A stretch of 64,000 bases of DNA, taken from sequence record OP310984.1; one strand, written 5' to 3'. Positions 1 through 8,814 of this stretch are shown here, one piece after another. The first letter of the stretch is position 1, and each line of letters begins with the position of its first letter. The notes below the pieces were generated by a model. The model saw only the letters and a list, made by a program, of their open reading frames with translations. It did no database searches and was not told the DNA's origin. The position numbers were made by a program, and so were the translations under genes.

Positions 1-293
1 GTTAACAGATCTAGCTGGATTTCTTTTTTAGATAGTTTCGTAGAATTACTAAGTTTTTCAATGACGGATGTAATTGTACGTAGATCAATTGCTAGTGAAA
101 GTGATTTAAAGATATTATTAATTGGTGTATCAGATAGCTTTGAAATAGCTATTAGTAGATTATCTAATTCATCATTAGTAATTTTCAGTTCTTTCACAAT
201 ATCATTATATTCAATTAGTTTACCATCAATAATATTACAGATTAAAAGTTTATGTAATTCTTTAATAGTGGTATTAACTTGTAGATTATTCAT
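1..293 (-). CDS. hypothetical protein, 3'-truncated by window edge ([17 protein letters not shown]...)
   Basis: Manual translation: ATG at 293 with upstream AAGG; open to window edge; co-oriented with neighbours. Confidence 0.7.
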
Positions 294-313
294 TTTTTTA
301 CCTTTTAGTTAAT

Positions 314-751
314 TTAAAATTTATTTACAGCTCTAAGAAAATATTCAGATGGATCATCGAAGAAGACAATACTATCAACAACACTATTTTGTCGAGTACA
401 CCTTACTTTGATAAGATTATATTCTCTGAATTTATTAAGCCCCCAAGCTTCTTTAGCACGATGGCGTAACCCACTACCAACAATAGCCCCATACCTAGTT
501 TGTTCAACAAATAAATAAACATCCCAGCCATGATGATTATCATGGTATTTTGCGTAGTATTTATTGTCTTTAGTTTTGTTTAAACTAAGACTATACCTTT
601 CTGTCTGTAGTTGATTAATATTCGATTTAATCATTTCATTTAATTTGGGTTCCACTGTATGAATGACATCGCCAGCAGTAGTGGCCATTACCTTTAGTTT
701 GTGATGCACGTTCGTAAGAACGTCCTCCCAAATGTTAGTAACTACGTCCAT
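314..751 (-). CDS. hypothetical early protein
   Basis: 145-aa ORF directly downstream of TATATTAC motif; GAGG RBS. Confidence 0.8.
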   Translation of the reverse strand: MDVVTNIWEDVLTNVHHKLKVMATTAGDVIHTVEPKLNEMIKSNINQLQTERYSLSLNKTKDNKYYAKYHDNHHGWDVYLFVEQTRYGAIVGSGLRHRAKEAWGLNKFREYNLIKVRCTRQNSVVDSIVFFDDPSEYFLRAVNKF

Positions 752-796
752 CTATTAAAACCTCGACACATTAATTTGATTTTGTAATACACACAT

Positions 797-825
797 GTAA
801 TATATATCTCAAATAAAATTTAGTG
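797..825 (-). promoter_or_regulatory. phiKZ-type early (virion RNAP) promoter
   Basis: TATATTAC on minus strand (plus gtaatata 797-804) with upstream AT-rich tract; matches the established phiKZ early consensus. Confidence 0.75.
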
Positions 826-850
826 CAATAGCCCTCCCCGAAGGGAGGGC
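806..850. repeat. 45-bp exact direct repeat, copy 1 (hairpin + early promoter upstream element)
   Basis: atctcaaataaaatttagtgcaatagccctccccgaagggagggc is identical at 16246-16290. Confidence 0.95.
831..850 (-). terminator. GC hairpin with cUUCGg loop, terminator-like
   Basis: gccctccc-TTCG-gggagggc on minus strand, just after the 863..1192 stop. Confidence 0.75.
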
Positions 851-862
851 CATATGCTCTTA

Positions 863-1192
863 TTATCGATTAACTACACGATAATTATCAATAATAAACT
901 CGATGTACTGTTCGACATCATGTAAGAAGCAGCTGTAGCTATACCGATCAAGTTTATTTAAAGCTTCAGTTAGAACTGGTTCGATATAGATATTTATTTC
1001 AGCTATTGATGGAATCTCAACATACTTATTTTCATATTCGGTAAGCTGCTCCTTTACCTTAGCCATTTGCTTTTTGTAAATGTATTCCATAGACCATTCT
1101 TTGTAAATGGAGCGCGCCCCATCAAAAAGATGATAACCAAATGCGATGCCACCTAGTACCAGAACACCAGTGGAAATAGTTGACATATTCAT
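863..1192 (-). CDS. hypothetical protein with N-terminal hydrophobic segment
   Basis: 109-aa ORF; GGAG RBS; TM-like VLVLGGIAFGY. Confidence 0.8.
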   Translation of the reverse strand: MNMSTISTGVLVLGGIAFGYHLFDGARSIYKEWSMEYIYKKQMAKVKEQLTEYENKYVEIPSIAEINIYIEPVLTEALNKLDRYSYSCFLHDVEQYIEFIIDNYRVVNR

Positions 1193-1228
1193 GACATATC
1201 TCCTTTTTTCAAGATTGAATTCATATGT

Positions 1229-1258
1229 GTAATATACTGTTTAAATACATTTGAATAC
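1229..1258 (-). promoter_or_regulatory. early promoter
   Basis: TATATTAC on minus strand (1229-1236); context gtaatatactgtttaaa is shared with 17304. Confidence 0.75.
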
Positions 1259-1273
1259 AAAAAAACACAATAT

Positions 1274-1298
1274 AAAGCCTCCCCGAAGGGAGGACTTT
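1274..1298 (-). terminator. UUCG-loop hairpin terminator
   Basis: cctccc-TTCG-gggagg followed by a T-rich tract on minus strand. Confidence 0.75.
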
Positions 1299-1321
1299 AT
1301 GGTAACTTTGTAAAAGACCTA

Positions 1322-1804
1322 TTATAGTTGAAAGTCTTTATCTTCTTCAATGATTTCATAACCTGATGAATTAACTATATTTTTATTTAAACGAACTCGT
1401 TCATCTACTAAGTATTTAACTACTTTAAGTAATTGACTTATCGACAGGTCATTATTTTCATCAGTATTTGATTTAAAAATACGACCACTAGTAGGCGAAG
1501 CATTTGTAAAACAAATACCTTCATTATCTTTATAAATATCATAATACCATACAACATGTGGACTATCTGTATTACTTATGACAAATACTAAAAACAGATC
1601 TTCATCATCACCTTGACCACTCAGGATCCCGATATTTTTTCGATGAGTTATACCACCTGTAATAACTAGGCCGTTGGCATAATCACTGAATTTAGATATA
1701 TCATACCCACCTTCAAGTTTACCATTTTCAAAATACTGTAATAGCACACCGCCTACTACAGCACCCCATGAAAAGAAGTTATCTTTATTTAAATGCTCAA
1801 TCAT
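1322..1804 (-). CDS. hypothetical protein
   Basis: ORF track 1322..1849; ATG at 1804 abuts the upstream stop, so it is the likely start. Confidence 0.75.
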   Translation of the reverse strand: MIEHLNKDNFFSWGAVVGGVLLQYFENGKLEGGYDISKFSDYANGLVITGGITHRKNIGILSGQGDDEDLFLVFVISNTDSPHVVWYYDIYKDNEGICFTNASPTSGRIFKSNTDENNDLSISQLLKVVKYLVDERVRLNKNIVNSSGYEIIEEDKDFQL

Positions 1805-1805
1805 C

Positions 1806-2222
1806 TTAAAAATCCTCTTTAGGTTCAGTGATCTGAGAATAAAGAACAAACATATCAGTTAGGATATTTCTATCTAGTTCATAATTATCTTTAATACTTA
1901 GTTGAATAGTTCCATTGGCTATTGATATTAGATCATTATTTTTTATATAAGTGTTAGAAAGAATAAAGCGATACATATATTCAGATATGGATAAATCCGG
2001 AATGTATGCCTCAACTTCAATTGTAGTTGTAATTAAATTAGGCGTATGATTCACCATGTTACAAGCTATATTAAAAAATACATCATCCCCAATATAGTAT
2101 TTTTTATTTAAAATTTGCGGCAGTTTATTTAAAGAATACTTCGATGATAGAATACGCATCATTTCATTATGCATTGCATGAATAGCTGCATTCAGTAGTG
2201 GTATGTGTAAATAAGATTCCAT
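1806..2222 (-). CDS. hypothetical protein
   Basis: 138-aa ORF, operon-packed. Confidence 0.75.
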   Translation of the reverse strand: MESYLHIPLLNAAIHAMHNEMMRILSSKYSLNKLPQILNKKYYIGDDVFFNIACNMVNHTPNLITTTIEVEAYIPDLSISEYMYRFILSNTYIKNNDLISIANGTIQLSIKDNYELDRNILTDMFVLYSQITEPKEDF

Positions 2223-2264
2223 ATTGAAATATACCTGTAGTATACAAATTATAAAACAACATAA

Positions 2265-2293
2265 AAAGAGAGAGGAATTTATCCTCTCTCTTT
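2265..2293 (-). terminator. intrinsic terminator
   Basis: 12-bp stem aaagagagagga/tcctctctcttt. Confidence 0.75.
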
Positions 2294-2309
2294 ATGCAAC
2301 TAAATAGTT

Positions 2310-2432
2310 TTACTCTTTTTGTTTCTCTTTAGCTTCACGTTTAGCTTTGAGTTCTGCATTATTAAGCCGCCAAGCAGCTTGCATAGTAGCTAGATTGACA
2401 AACTTAGGCTGTTGCTTATTTTTAACTTTCAT
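2310..2432 (-). CDS. small Lys-rich protein (40 aa, MKVKNKQQPKFVNLATMQAAWRLNNAELKAKREAKEKQKE)
   Basis: Manual translation; below ORF-track cutoff; followed by terminator. Confidence 0.55.
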   Translation of the reverse strand: MKVKNKQQPKFVNLATMQAAWRLNNAELKAKREAKEKQKE

Positions 2433-2503
2433 TTGCTAATTCCAAATTTATTTCGAATGGTTAATCTAAACTATTAAATTGCTTCATATTCTTCATGCAT
2501 AAT

Positions 2504-2797
2504 TTAATCCTCAGTCAGCGTAGTATAATCTACATAAAGATCATTGAGTTGCTCTTTTAATGAAATATTTATTTTTAATTCATTAAGAGTAATCCTATTC
2601 CAATGTTTACGCGGATTACCACATAGCATACAACGAGACCTACCGCAGTTAAACGGATTATGTTTACGCCATTTACCTTTAGCCTTTGCTGAAGGATTAG
2701 TGTCATTATAACGACTCGCGGCTAGTGAAACATAATAATTAACTATACGAGTATTGTGATGACGATTAAGTTGTGCAGATAGTTTGTTGCTTGACAT
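2504..2797 (-). CDS. small basic protein with H-x3-C-x4-C-x2-C-GNPR putative zinc-binding motif
   Basis: KHNPFNCGRSRCMLCGNPRK; GGAG RBS. Confidence 0.75.
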   Translation of the reverse strand: MSSNKLSAQLNRHHNTRIVNYYVSLAASRYNDTNPSAKAKGKWRKHNPFNCGRSRCMLCGNPRKHWNRITLNELKINISLKEQLNDLYVDYTTLTED

Positions 2798-2896
2798 ATT
2801 TATACTCCACCTTAATACCCCTACCCCAATATGGAGTAGGGTAAAGTATGTAGTAGAGTAAATTTAATACATTAACTTTTAACATTCTAAACTTCA

Positions 2897-3397
2897 TTAA
2901 TTTTCCACAATATCCTGGATGGTACGTAGACTTTCTTGCATTGTCAGTAAGAAATTACGATAAGGTTCACTGGTGTCCAAAAAAGGTGGCATGTTTAACC
3001 TATTAGTAACCTCTTCTAGAAATTCTTTATACTTATAAAGATTAATAGTGAATTTATTACAATCTGGATCAGTAGTAGTTGGGATAATATAATTACGAAT
3101 AATGTAGTAAATATGAAAACTGCTACCATATTCAATTAAAGTATAAGGATTATCATCAATGAATTTCTGTGCTTCTTTTCCTTTTAAGGCGAAATCTTCT
3201 CGTTCAACGATTTCATGAAGTAGCGGCCCTAAGAATTGCATTGGAATCACACCATACATTTTAGCGAATTCCTTAATATCTTTATATGTTACTTTTGGAT
3301 TAGGATATACCTCACGATTCCTACCAATATTTCTAACTAGATATAGTTTTTCTTTTACTAAGATATTTTCAATGCATAGTTCATCTTTAAATAGCAT
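2897..3397 (-). CDS. hypothetical protein
   Basis: 166-aa ORF; AAGGA RBS. Confidence 0.8.
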   Translation of the reverse strand: MLFKDELCIENILVKEKLYLVRNIGRNREVYPNPKVTYKDIKEFAKMYGVIPMQFLGPLLHEIVEREDFALKGKEAQKFIDDNPYTLIEYGSSFHIYYIIRNYIIPTTTDPDCNKFTINLYKYKEFLEEVTNRLNMPPFLDTSEPYRNFLLTMQESLRTIQDIVEN

Positions 3398-3446
3398 AAA
3401 ATATTTTCCTTTTAATAAGATGGTATTAAACTTTTTTCTTTATTGA

Positions 3447-4280
3447 CTAATATTTTCTTCGTTCGATATCCTGTAGTTTCGCGAATGTGTCGAGCTTGTA
3501 TTGGTCAACAAAATGCCAGGCTAGATCGGTAAGTGTATAGATGTCCGGACGTTCGTATTTACCGAAGTCTGGTTTCTCACGACTCAATTGAAAATCGATG
3601 AACTGATCTAATATAGGGCAACGATCTATCAGATCCTGTTCAATAGACCCAACCTTATCATTAACCAGTTCTTGGATACGTTTATAAAGGATAGGATCTG
3701 ACAGAAGAGGCAGTAGGTCATGGAATACCATCGGCGGATGTTCCAGACTTTCACGGACCCACATTGCAGCCAACAGAGGACGAAGAGAATAGAAGTATTT
3801 CTTCATCCGGATCTTCTCATCTGACAACCAACGCATTTTGGTTTGTTTGGCCATCGAGATATAGTGCATGTAACTCGATTCAGGGATGAAGTGTTTTAGC
3901 GCAGCATCGCGGATTAACATGTAGTCCCGATCAACCTTACGGTAAACGATTGGGGAGTTTAGCCATTCCAAGAGAGTGGGGTTAGACTTGTAAGCAAGCT
4001 GAAGAGTCTTAGTGATACTCCAACCAGCCAGGTCTAGTTCTTTAGACACCATCTCTTCAATAGTATCACGTGCTTCATTATCCACACGAACATAATGACT
4101 CGGATGATTAACATAAATGAAACGAACATCATAGTCACTATTGATAGAAGCAAAGCCCCATCCGCGACTACCGGACTCACAGGCATAGATGACTTTTACA
4201 CCATACTTCTTCTCGATGCGATTAAGTTCAGTATCGATGATTGCGCGCATTTCGTCGCTAACTGGATGCCGTGGATCCAT
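3447..4280 (-). CDS. Pol-beta-superfamily nucleotidyltransferase, YcgL/RlaP-like (PF10127-type)
   Basis: Signature YACESGSRGWGFASINSDYDVRFIY, DLAGW, KSNPTLLEWLNSPIVY, KKYFYSLRPLLA. Confidence 0.85.
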   Translation of the reverse strand: MDPRHPVSDEMRAIIDTELNRIEKKYGVKVIYACESGSRGWGFASINSDYDVRFIYVNHPSHYVRVDNEARDTIEEMVSKELDLAGWSITKTLQLAYKSNPTLLEWLNSPIVYRKVDRDYMLIRDAALKHFIPESSYMHYISMAKQTKMRWLSDEKIRMKKYFYSLRPLLAAMWVRESLEHPPMVFHDLLPLLSDPILYKRIQELVNDKVGSIEQDLIDRCPILDQFIDFQLSREKPDFGKYERPDIYTLTDLAWHFVDQYKLDTFAKLQDIERRKY

Positions 4281-4687
4281 TATCCACCAACCTTTTCAAA
4301 TTTGAGTTTTTCTTCTTTACCTGTGTCCAGATACATGAACATCGATGTACCCAGCAAGTTGTATACAAACCAACCTTTGCTCACAAGTTCCTCTTCGAAT
4401 TTCAGTGGTGCCGATAGTTCGCATATAGCCTCGTACGGGATGACAATAGGCTCTTTCTCGGGCTTAGTAAGAATCAGTGCATGATCTGCAAGCTTCAACC
4501 ATTGCTTGCGACTACTGATACCAAGACCAATACTAAACTCTTCACCTGGATCTTTTCCGTTAAAAAGGCTACAGCGAGTTTCTTTGGTTACTCTATTACC
4601 GGCGATACCGATCGTGAGAGGATCAGGAAAGACCCCCATCAATTCAATAACCATTTCAAGTTGACGCTTCAGTTCAATGTTGTTCAT
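4280..4687 (-). CDS. hypothetical protein
   Basis: 135-aa ORF; stop overlaps the next start. Confidence 0.8.
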   Translation of the reverse strand: MNNIELKRQLEMVIELMGVFPDPLTIGIAGNRVTKETRCSLFNGKDPGEEFSIGLGISSRKQWLKLADHALILTKPEKEPIVIPYEAICELSAPLKFEEELVSKGWFVYNLLGTSMFMYLDTGKEEKLKFEKVGG

Positions 4688-4795
4688 AGGACAAATTCCT
4701 TTGTATTGTATTTACGTACTACATCGGTCCACTAGGTAGGAGTCTGTGCATAGTAGTATTCGCTGAATATCCCAAATGAACTATAGGGAAATAAA

Positions 4796-4813
4796 GCCTC
4801 CCCGAAGGGAGGC
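4796..4813 (-). terminator. UUCG-loop hairpin terminator after thyA
   Basis: gcctccc-TTCG-gggaggc-tttattt on minus strand. Confidence 0.8.
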
Positions 4814-4820
4814 ATTTATG

Positions 4821-6287
4821 TTAGACAGCAACTTTACCAGCAATGTGTGGATGATATTCGTAGTTCTCGATAACAAAATCATCTACACCAATTTCCCGAA
4901 TATCTTTACCAATAGCTTCTTGTTTGAAACGAATGGTAGGTAGAACCTTCGGTTCACGAGTTAATTGAAGATCGGTTTGTTCTTGGTGGTTAGAGTAAAT
5001 ATGTACATCACCACCAGTCCAGATAAACTCTTCAGCTACCATATTCATTTGGTTAGCTAACATATGGGTCAGCAGACTGTAGAACGTGATATTAAAGGGT
5101 TTTCCTAAGAAAGTATCACAAGATCTTTGATAGAGTTGGCAACTCAATGCACGTTTAGGAACACCATGTTGATCCAGCCATTCTACTACTGCTTCATCTG
5201 TAGCCTTTTCATAACCACGACAGACACGCAGAAGTGCTTTAACCTGCTCAGCACTATCGAATGGAGGTTGACCACGAGTAATCTCACCACTAATCTTATC
5301 ATGATAAGCATCAGCTTCGAACTGGGTTTGGTCTAGAGCTTGCACTCGTTCATCTACGGTCAGTTCACGGGTCCAGAACTGAATAAATGCGTGGCAAGGT
5401 GGGAGTGCCTGCTCATCAATAAGATGTGGCGCCCATGCACAAACAATGATCCGACGAGAATCCGGGTTGGTGCGAAGTTGATCGATGATGTCTTGGATTT
5501 GGTCGATACGTCGAGTAACCACGCATCTATCGGTTTCCATGGTTGTACCTGGGATATCCGCCACGAAGTCAAAACCACGCTTCTCATAATCAAACCACTC
5601 ATATTTAGGGATTACACGAGTGTCTTCAAGATTACGCCATGTCTTACCGTAAACAGCACCTAGATCGCCGCCGACCAGACGCTCTGGTTCTTTATGCATC
5701 AAAGCACGATACAGTCGCTTGTTATATTCAGCACGAATACCTTCAGGATTTTTGGCTTCATCGAACCCTTCAGTAGCGAACCTATTCCACGACGTTACGC
5801 TAACTCCAATGATGTATTGGATTTCCTCACGGTTAACTGGATATTCATCCCAGAAGGCCTGAATAGTCTCTGGAGTCATACCCGACTCGAATTCCGCTAC
5901 AGTCTCAATGAATGGAGTAGAGTCATCGTTCATACAATGTAAGTACATTACGAATGGGGCACCAATGAGGGCAGTTACTGCTTTAAGAACGGCCTCATCG
6001 GTCATCGGCTCATATACTGCGGTTTCAGGTTTAACCCACTCGTTCCAGATGCGTACACCATTAGCGATCAGGTAATCCACCTTAGTATCACCTGACAGCA
6101 TCCAGAACAATTCATGAATTACAGAAGCTAGATGAATCTTCTTGGTGGTTACAACTGGTAGCCGATTATTACGCAGACTATAACGTTCTTGTTGACCAAA
6201 CATGCTCTGAGTACCAGTACCAGTACGGTCACCTTTATGTACACCGTGTTCTTTAACTAAACGGATTGAATTAAGATATTGTTCCAT
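4821..6287 (-). CDS. thyA: thymidylate synthase with large insertions
   Basis: KGDRTGTGT, GDLGAVYG, NPDSRRIIV, catalytic LPPCH, YQRSCDTFLGKPFN, GDVHIYSNH. Confidence 0.97.
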   Translation of the reverse strand: MEQYLNSIRLVKEHGVHKGDRTGTGTQSMFGQQERYSLRNNRLPVVTTKKIHLASVIHELFWMLSGDTKVDYLIANGVRIWNEWVKPETAVYEPMTDEAVLKAVTALIGAPFVMYLHCMNDDSTPFIETVAEFESGMTPETIQAFWDEYPVNREEIQYIIGVSVTSWNRFATEGFDEAKNPEGIRAEYNKRLYRALMHKEPERLVGGDLGAVYGKTWRNLEDTRVIPKYEWFDYEKRGFDFVADIPGTTMETDRCVVTRRIDQIQDIIDQLRTNPDSRRIIVCAWAPHLIDEQALPPCHAFIQFWTRELTVDERVQALDQTQFEADAYHDKISGEITRGQPPFDSAEQVKALLRVCRGYEKATDEAVVEWLDQHGVPKRALSCQLYQRSCDTFLGKPFNITFYSLLTHMLANQMNMVAEEFIWTGGDVHIYSNHQEQTDLQLTREPKVLPTIRFKQEAIGKDIREIGVDDFVIENYEYHPHIAGKVAV

Positions 6288-6487
6288 TACTTGATCCTCG
6301 GATTGTCTACTAGTCCACAGTTGAACCAGAGATGTTTATCATGGCGGCGATCATCACTAATAGATACGATCGTACCCTTACCATCTTTAAAGTTAATAAT
6401 CAATGCCCGAACTCGGCCATGGGAGAGAGCATTGAAAATTTTGTACGACTTTACACTGAATGCGATTCTTTCATCAAGACGATCCAT
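6287..6487 (-). CDS. hypothetical protein
   Basis: 66-aa ORF translationally coupled to thyA. Confidence 0.7.
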   Translation of the reverse strand: MDRLDERIAFSVKSYKIFNALSHGRVRALIINFKDGKGTIVSISDDRRHDKHLWFNCGLVDNPRIK

Positions 6488-6514
6488 ACTTCATTCCTCT
6501 AACCTTACTGGTAA

Positions 6515-6808
6515 TCATAGATCAACCTCTATCCGTTTGTATTTGATATTAACTGGAATACCTAATTCATTTTTTACAAGATTAAATGAGTTTTTCGATG
6601 GAGTGTATGTAGCAACTATAACGGCTTGACTATCAACTACAGCTACATCTCGCCATTCCATGTGCATGTTATCGAAATCATCTTTACCCATGATCAAGTA
6701 ATAAGACGTATCATTATGCGTAATGGTATTTTCAAACGGTCTAATTACAAAAGCACTTAAACTAGACGGTATACGGTGTCCTACTTGTTCAAGTATAACT
6801 GTATACAT
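6515..6808 (-). CDS. hypothetical protein
   Basis: 97-aa ORF; GGAGG RBS. Confidence 0.8.
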   Translation of the reverse strand: MYTVILEQVGHRIPSSLSAFVIRPFENTITHNDTSYYLIMGKDDFDNMHMEWRDVAVVDSQAVIVATYTPSKNSFNLVKNELGIPVNIKYKRIEVDL

Positions 6809-6829
6809 AAAACCTCCTAGACGATATAC

Positions 6830-6849
6830 GGGAGTCCCGAAGGACTCCC
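6830..6849 (-). terminator. UUCG-loop hairpin
   Basis: gggagtcc-TTCG-ggactccc on minus strand. Confidence 0.65.
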
Positions 6850-6913
6850 TAAGCGCAACTAACCAATCGGCTAGTATCTTACCTATATTATTAGTCTATA
6901 AGAAGTATTTTTA

Positions 6914-7621
6914 TTACAGACCAATACGAGTCAAAATTTCAGCCCAACCTTTCTCTTTAGCATATCGCAATAGGCTATTTTCAATATGGGTCTCACTATA
7001 GACAATAGGCTCATGACCACCTTGCACATGATACATTGTTAATGGTTCCACCACATGTTGACTAGACCAAGCATCGTATAAACGATCATTGATTTTAATC
7101 ACCACATATACCATCAATTTATCGTCGATGTCAAGATCAATACCTGCTACAAATGCATTAACATTGGAACGCACTTGGTCAGCAGTTAGTTGCACTTGCA
7201 GCCCGCCATGTATTTCAAATTCGATATCACAGATATTCTTATTTAACCAAGTATACACTGCCTGATTAGCATATGTCTCAATTGGATCACTACTACGTAA
7301 ATCTATTAATGGACCATATGTTTCTAATGATGAGACACTGGTATCAACTAAGTCATTCAATGAGTATTCGGTACTAGAACAACTATCTAAAACACAGATA
7401 GTGTTATCCTCGATATGGATAGGTAATACCTTGAATACCACATTAGCAACATTAGGTAATGAGGTACCTGGTTCAGAACTATTGAATGGAGTATAAAATA
7501 ATCGATCAGCCACTTCATTATCAATAGTTGATACATCCATTGGAACGAATCCATTAAGATCTTGTTTGATTACGTCATTGTGTCCAATTCCAGAAAAAGA
7601 TAAATACATTTTCTCAGACAT
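6914..7621 (-). CDS. hypothetical protein
   Basis: 235-aa ORF. Confidence 0.8.
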   Translation of the reverse strand: MSEKMYLSFSGIGHNDVIKQDLNGFVPMDVSTIDNEVADRLFYTPFNSSEPGTSLPNVANVVFKVLPIHIEDNTICVLDSCSSTEYSLNDLVDTSVSSLETYGPLIDLRSSDPIETYANQAVYTWLNKNICDIEFEIHGGLQVQLTADQVRSNVNAFVAGIDLDIDDKLMVYVVIKINDRLYDAWSSQHVVEPLTMYHVQGGHEPIVYSETHIENSLLRYAKEKGWAEILTRIGL

Positions 7622-7629
7622 ATCCGTAC

Positions 7630-7887
7630 CTATTTATTTACACAGATTAGAGTATGTTCTACTTTACTAGTACTAGAAGAAAAATAACGTAATAGAACAC
7701 CATCACTGATTTTTACAGTCTCTACATTATTACGAATAGCACTTGCTTTAGCTAGTTTTTGAATGCGCTCAATCGCGCTAAAACAAGTAGCCATGTCAGA
7801 GAACTCAGCGGTTGACTGCGATGCACCATTGGCTTGATAACCAGCGATACTGATACTACTAAAAAGAATTGCTAAAGTTGCATTCAT
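7630..7887 (-). CDS. small putative exported protein
   Basis: N-terminal hydrophobic stretch, two Cys; start overlaps sspB stop. Confidence 0.7.
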   Translation of the reverse strand: MNATLAILFSSISIAGYQANGASQSTAEFSDMATCFSAIERIQKLAKASAIRNNVETVKISDGVLLRYFSSSTSKVEHTLICVNK

Positions 7888-8792
7888 TTCTTACCACCTT
7901 TAATAACAGTGAGTTTTGGTGTACCGGTAGGACGAGAAGGTTTATTAATAATAACCTGCGAATTGGAAGAATTATTGAAATCCTCAACCATCTTATTTAC
8001 ATCATTGTCAAATGAATTAGATGTATTATCACCCGAGTCCACAGTTGATTCACTAACCACATTTGAAATAGGGTAACTGAGGAGTTCCATCATAAGTACA
8101 TTGATGTTATCCTGATAGTTTTCATTACGTGTACAATTAATAACCCGCTCACACCAATCCATAATTAATTCTGGTGCATTCTGTTTAATTACAGTTACCG
8201 CTACTCTAATATGTGCATCTAATTCTGGATTACTAAATTCAGTTACTCTGTTAATGGCGCTTTCAATCATCTGATCATGCTCATTCTCAGATGTATTCCT
8301 TACAACTAACTTACCATTAGTGGTATCGGCTTTATTTTTAAAATTAACCTCAGTGACATTACCTACGGTAGTTAATACTGGGTTTTTGTCAACTACATTA
8401 TTAACAGTTCCTTCTAATGTTGCACGAATAGTATCTGCATTGAGATATCTATCTACTAGTGGCATTTCAAAGAATGCGTTAGAATTATCATCAATAGGTG
8501 TAACTACACCCAATACTGCATAAAGAGGAAGTTTAATACTGACCCCAACTCCATTTACTGTTACATTGAAAGAGATATATTCGTCACTGATATAAAAATT
8601 CTTTGCACAGCGTGGATGGATATTGAAAGTGATAGTGTGATCTTCTTTCGCATGCTTTAGAGCTACCTCAGATAAATCAGGTACTAATTGAGTATGTGCT
8701 ACAATTAGAATATCTCTGAAGTTATTCTCAAGAAACCAATCATAGGTAGCTCGAAGAATATGGCCAGTGAGTAATGATTTTACCTTTAGCAT
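7884..8792 (-). CDS. sspB: SspB-like ClpXP adaptor (stringent starvation protein B)
   Basis: LRATYDWFLEN...FNIHPR...ISFNVTVNGVGVSIKLPLYAVLGV N-domain; C-terminal PKLTVIK resembles the ClpX-binding LRVVK motif. Confidence 0.85.
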   Translation of the reverse strand: MLKVKSLLTGHILRATYDWFLENNFRDILIVAHTQLVPDLSEVALKHAKEDHTITFNIHPRCAKNFYISDEYISFNVTVNGVGVSIKLPLYAVLGVVTPIDDNSNAFFEMPLVDRYLNADTIRATLEGTVNNVVDKNPVLTTVGNVTEVNFKNKADTTNGKLVVRNTSENEHDQMIESAINRVTEFSNPELDAHIRVAVTVIKQNAPELIMDWCERVINCTRNENYQDNINVLMMELLSYPISNVVSESTVDSGDNTSNSFDNDVNKMVEDFNNSSNSQVIINKPSRPTGTPKLTVIKGGKK

Positions 8793-8814
8793 ATTTGTAT
8801 TACCTTTAAATAAA

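Noticed and set aside
4821-6287. dUMP/dCMP hydroxymethylase or intein-containing thyA
   Set aside because: The PFN Asn typical of dUMP-methylating TS is present, no base-modification partners are seen, and the inserts lack intein terminal motifs
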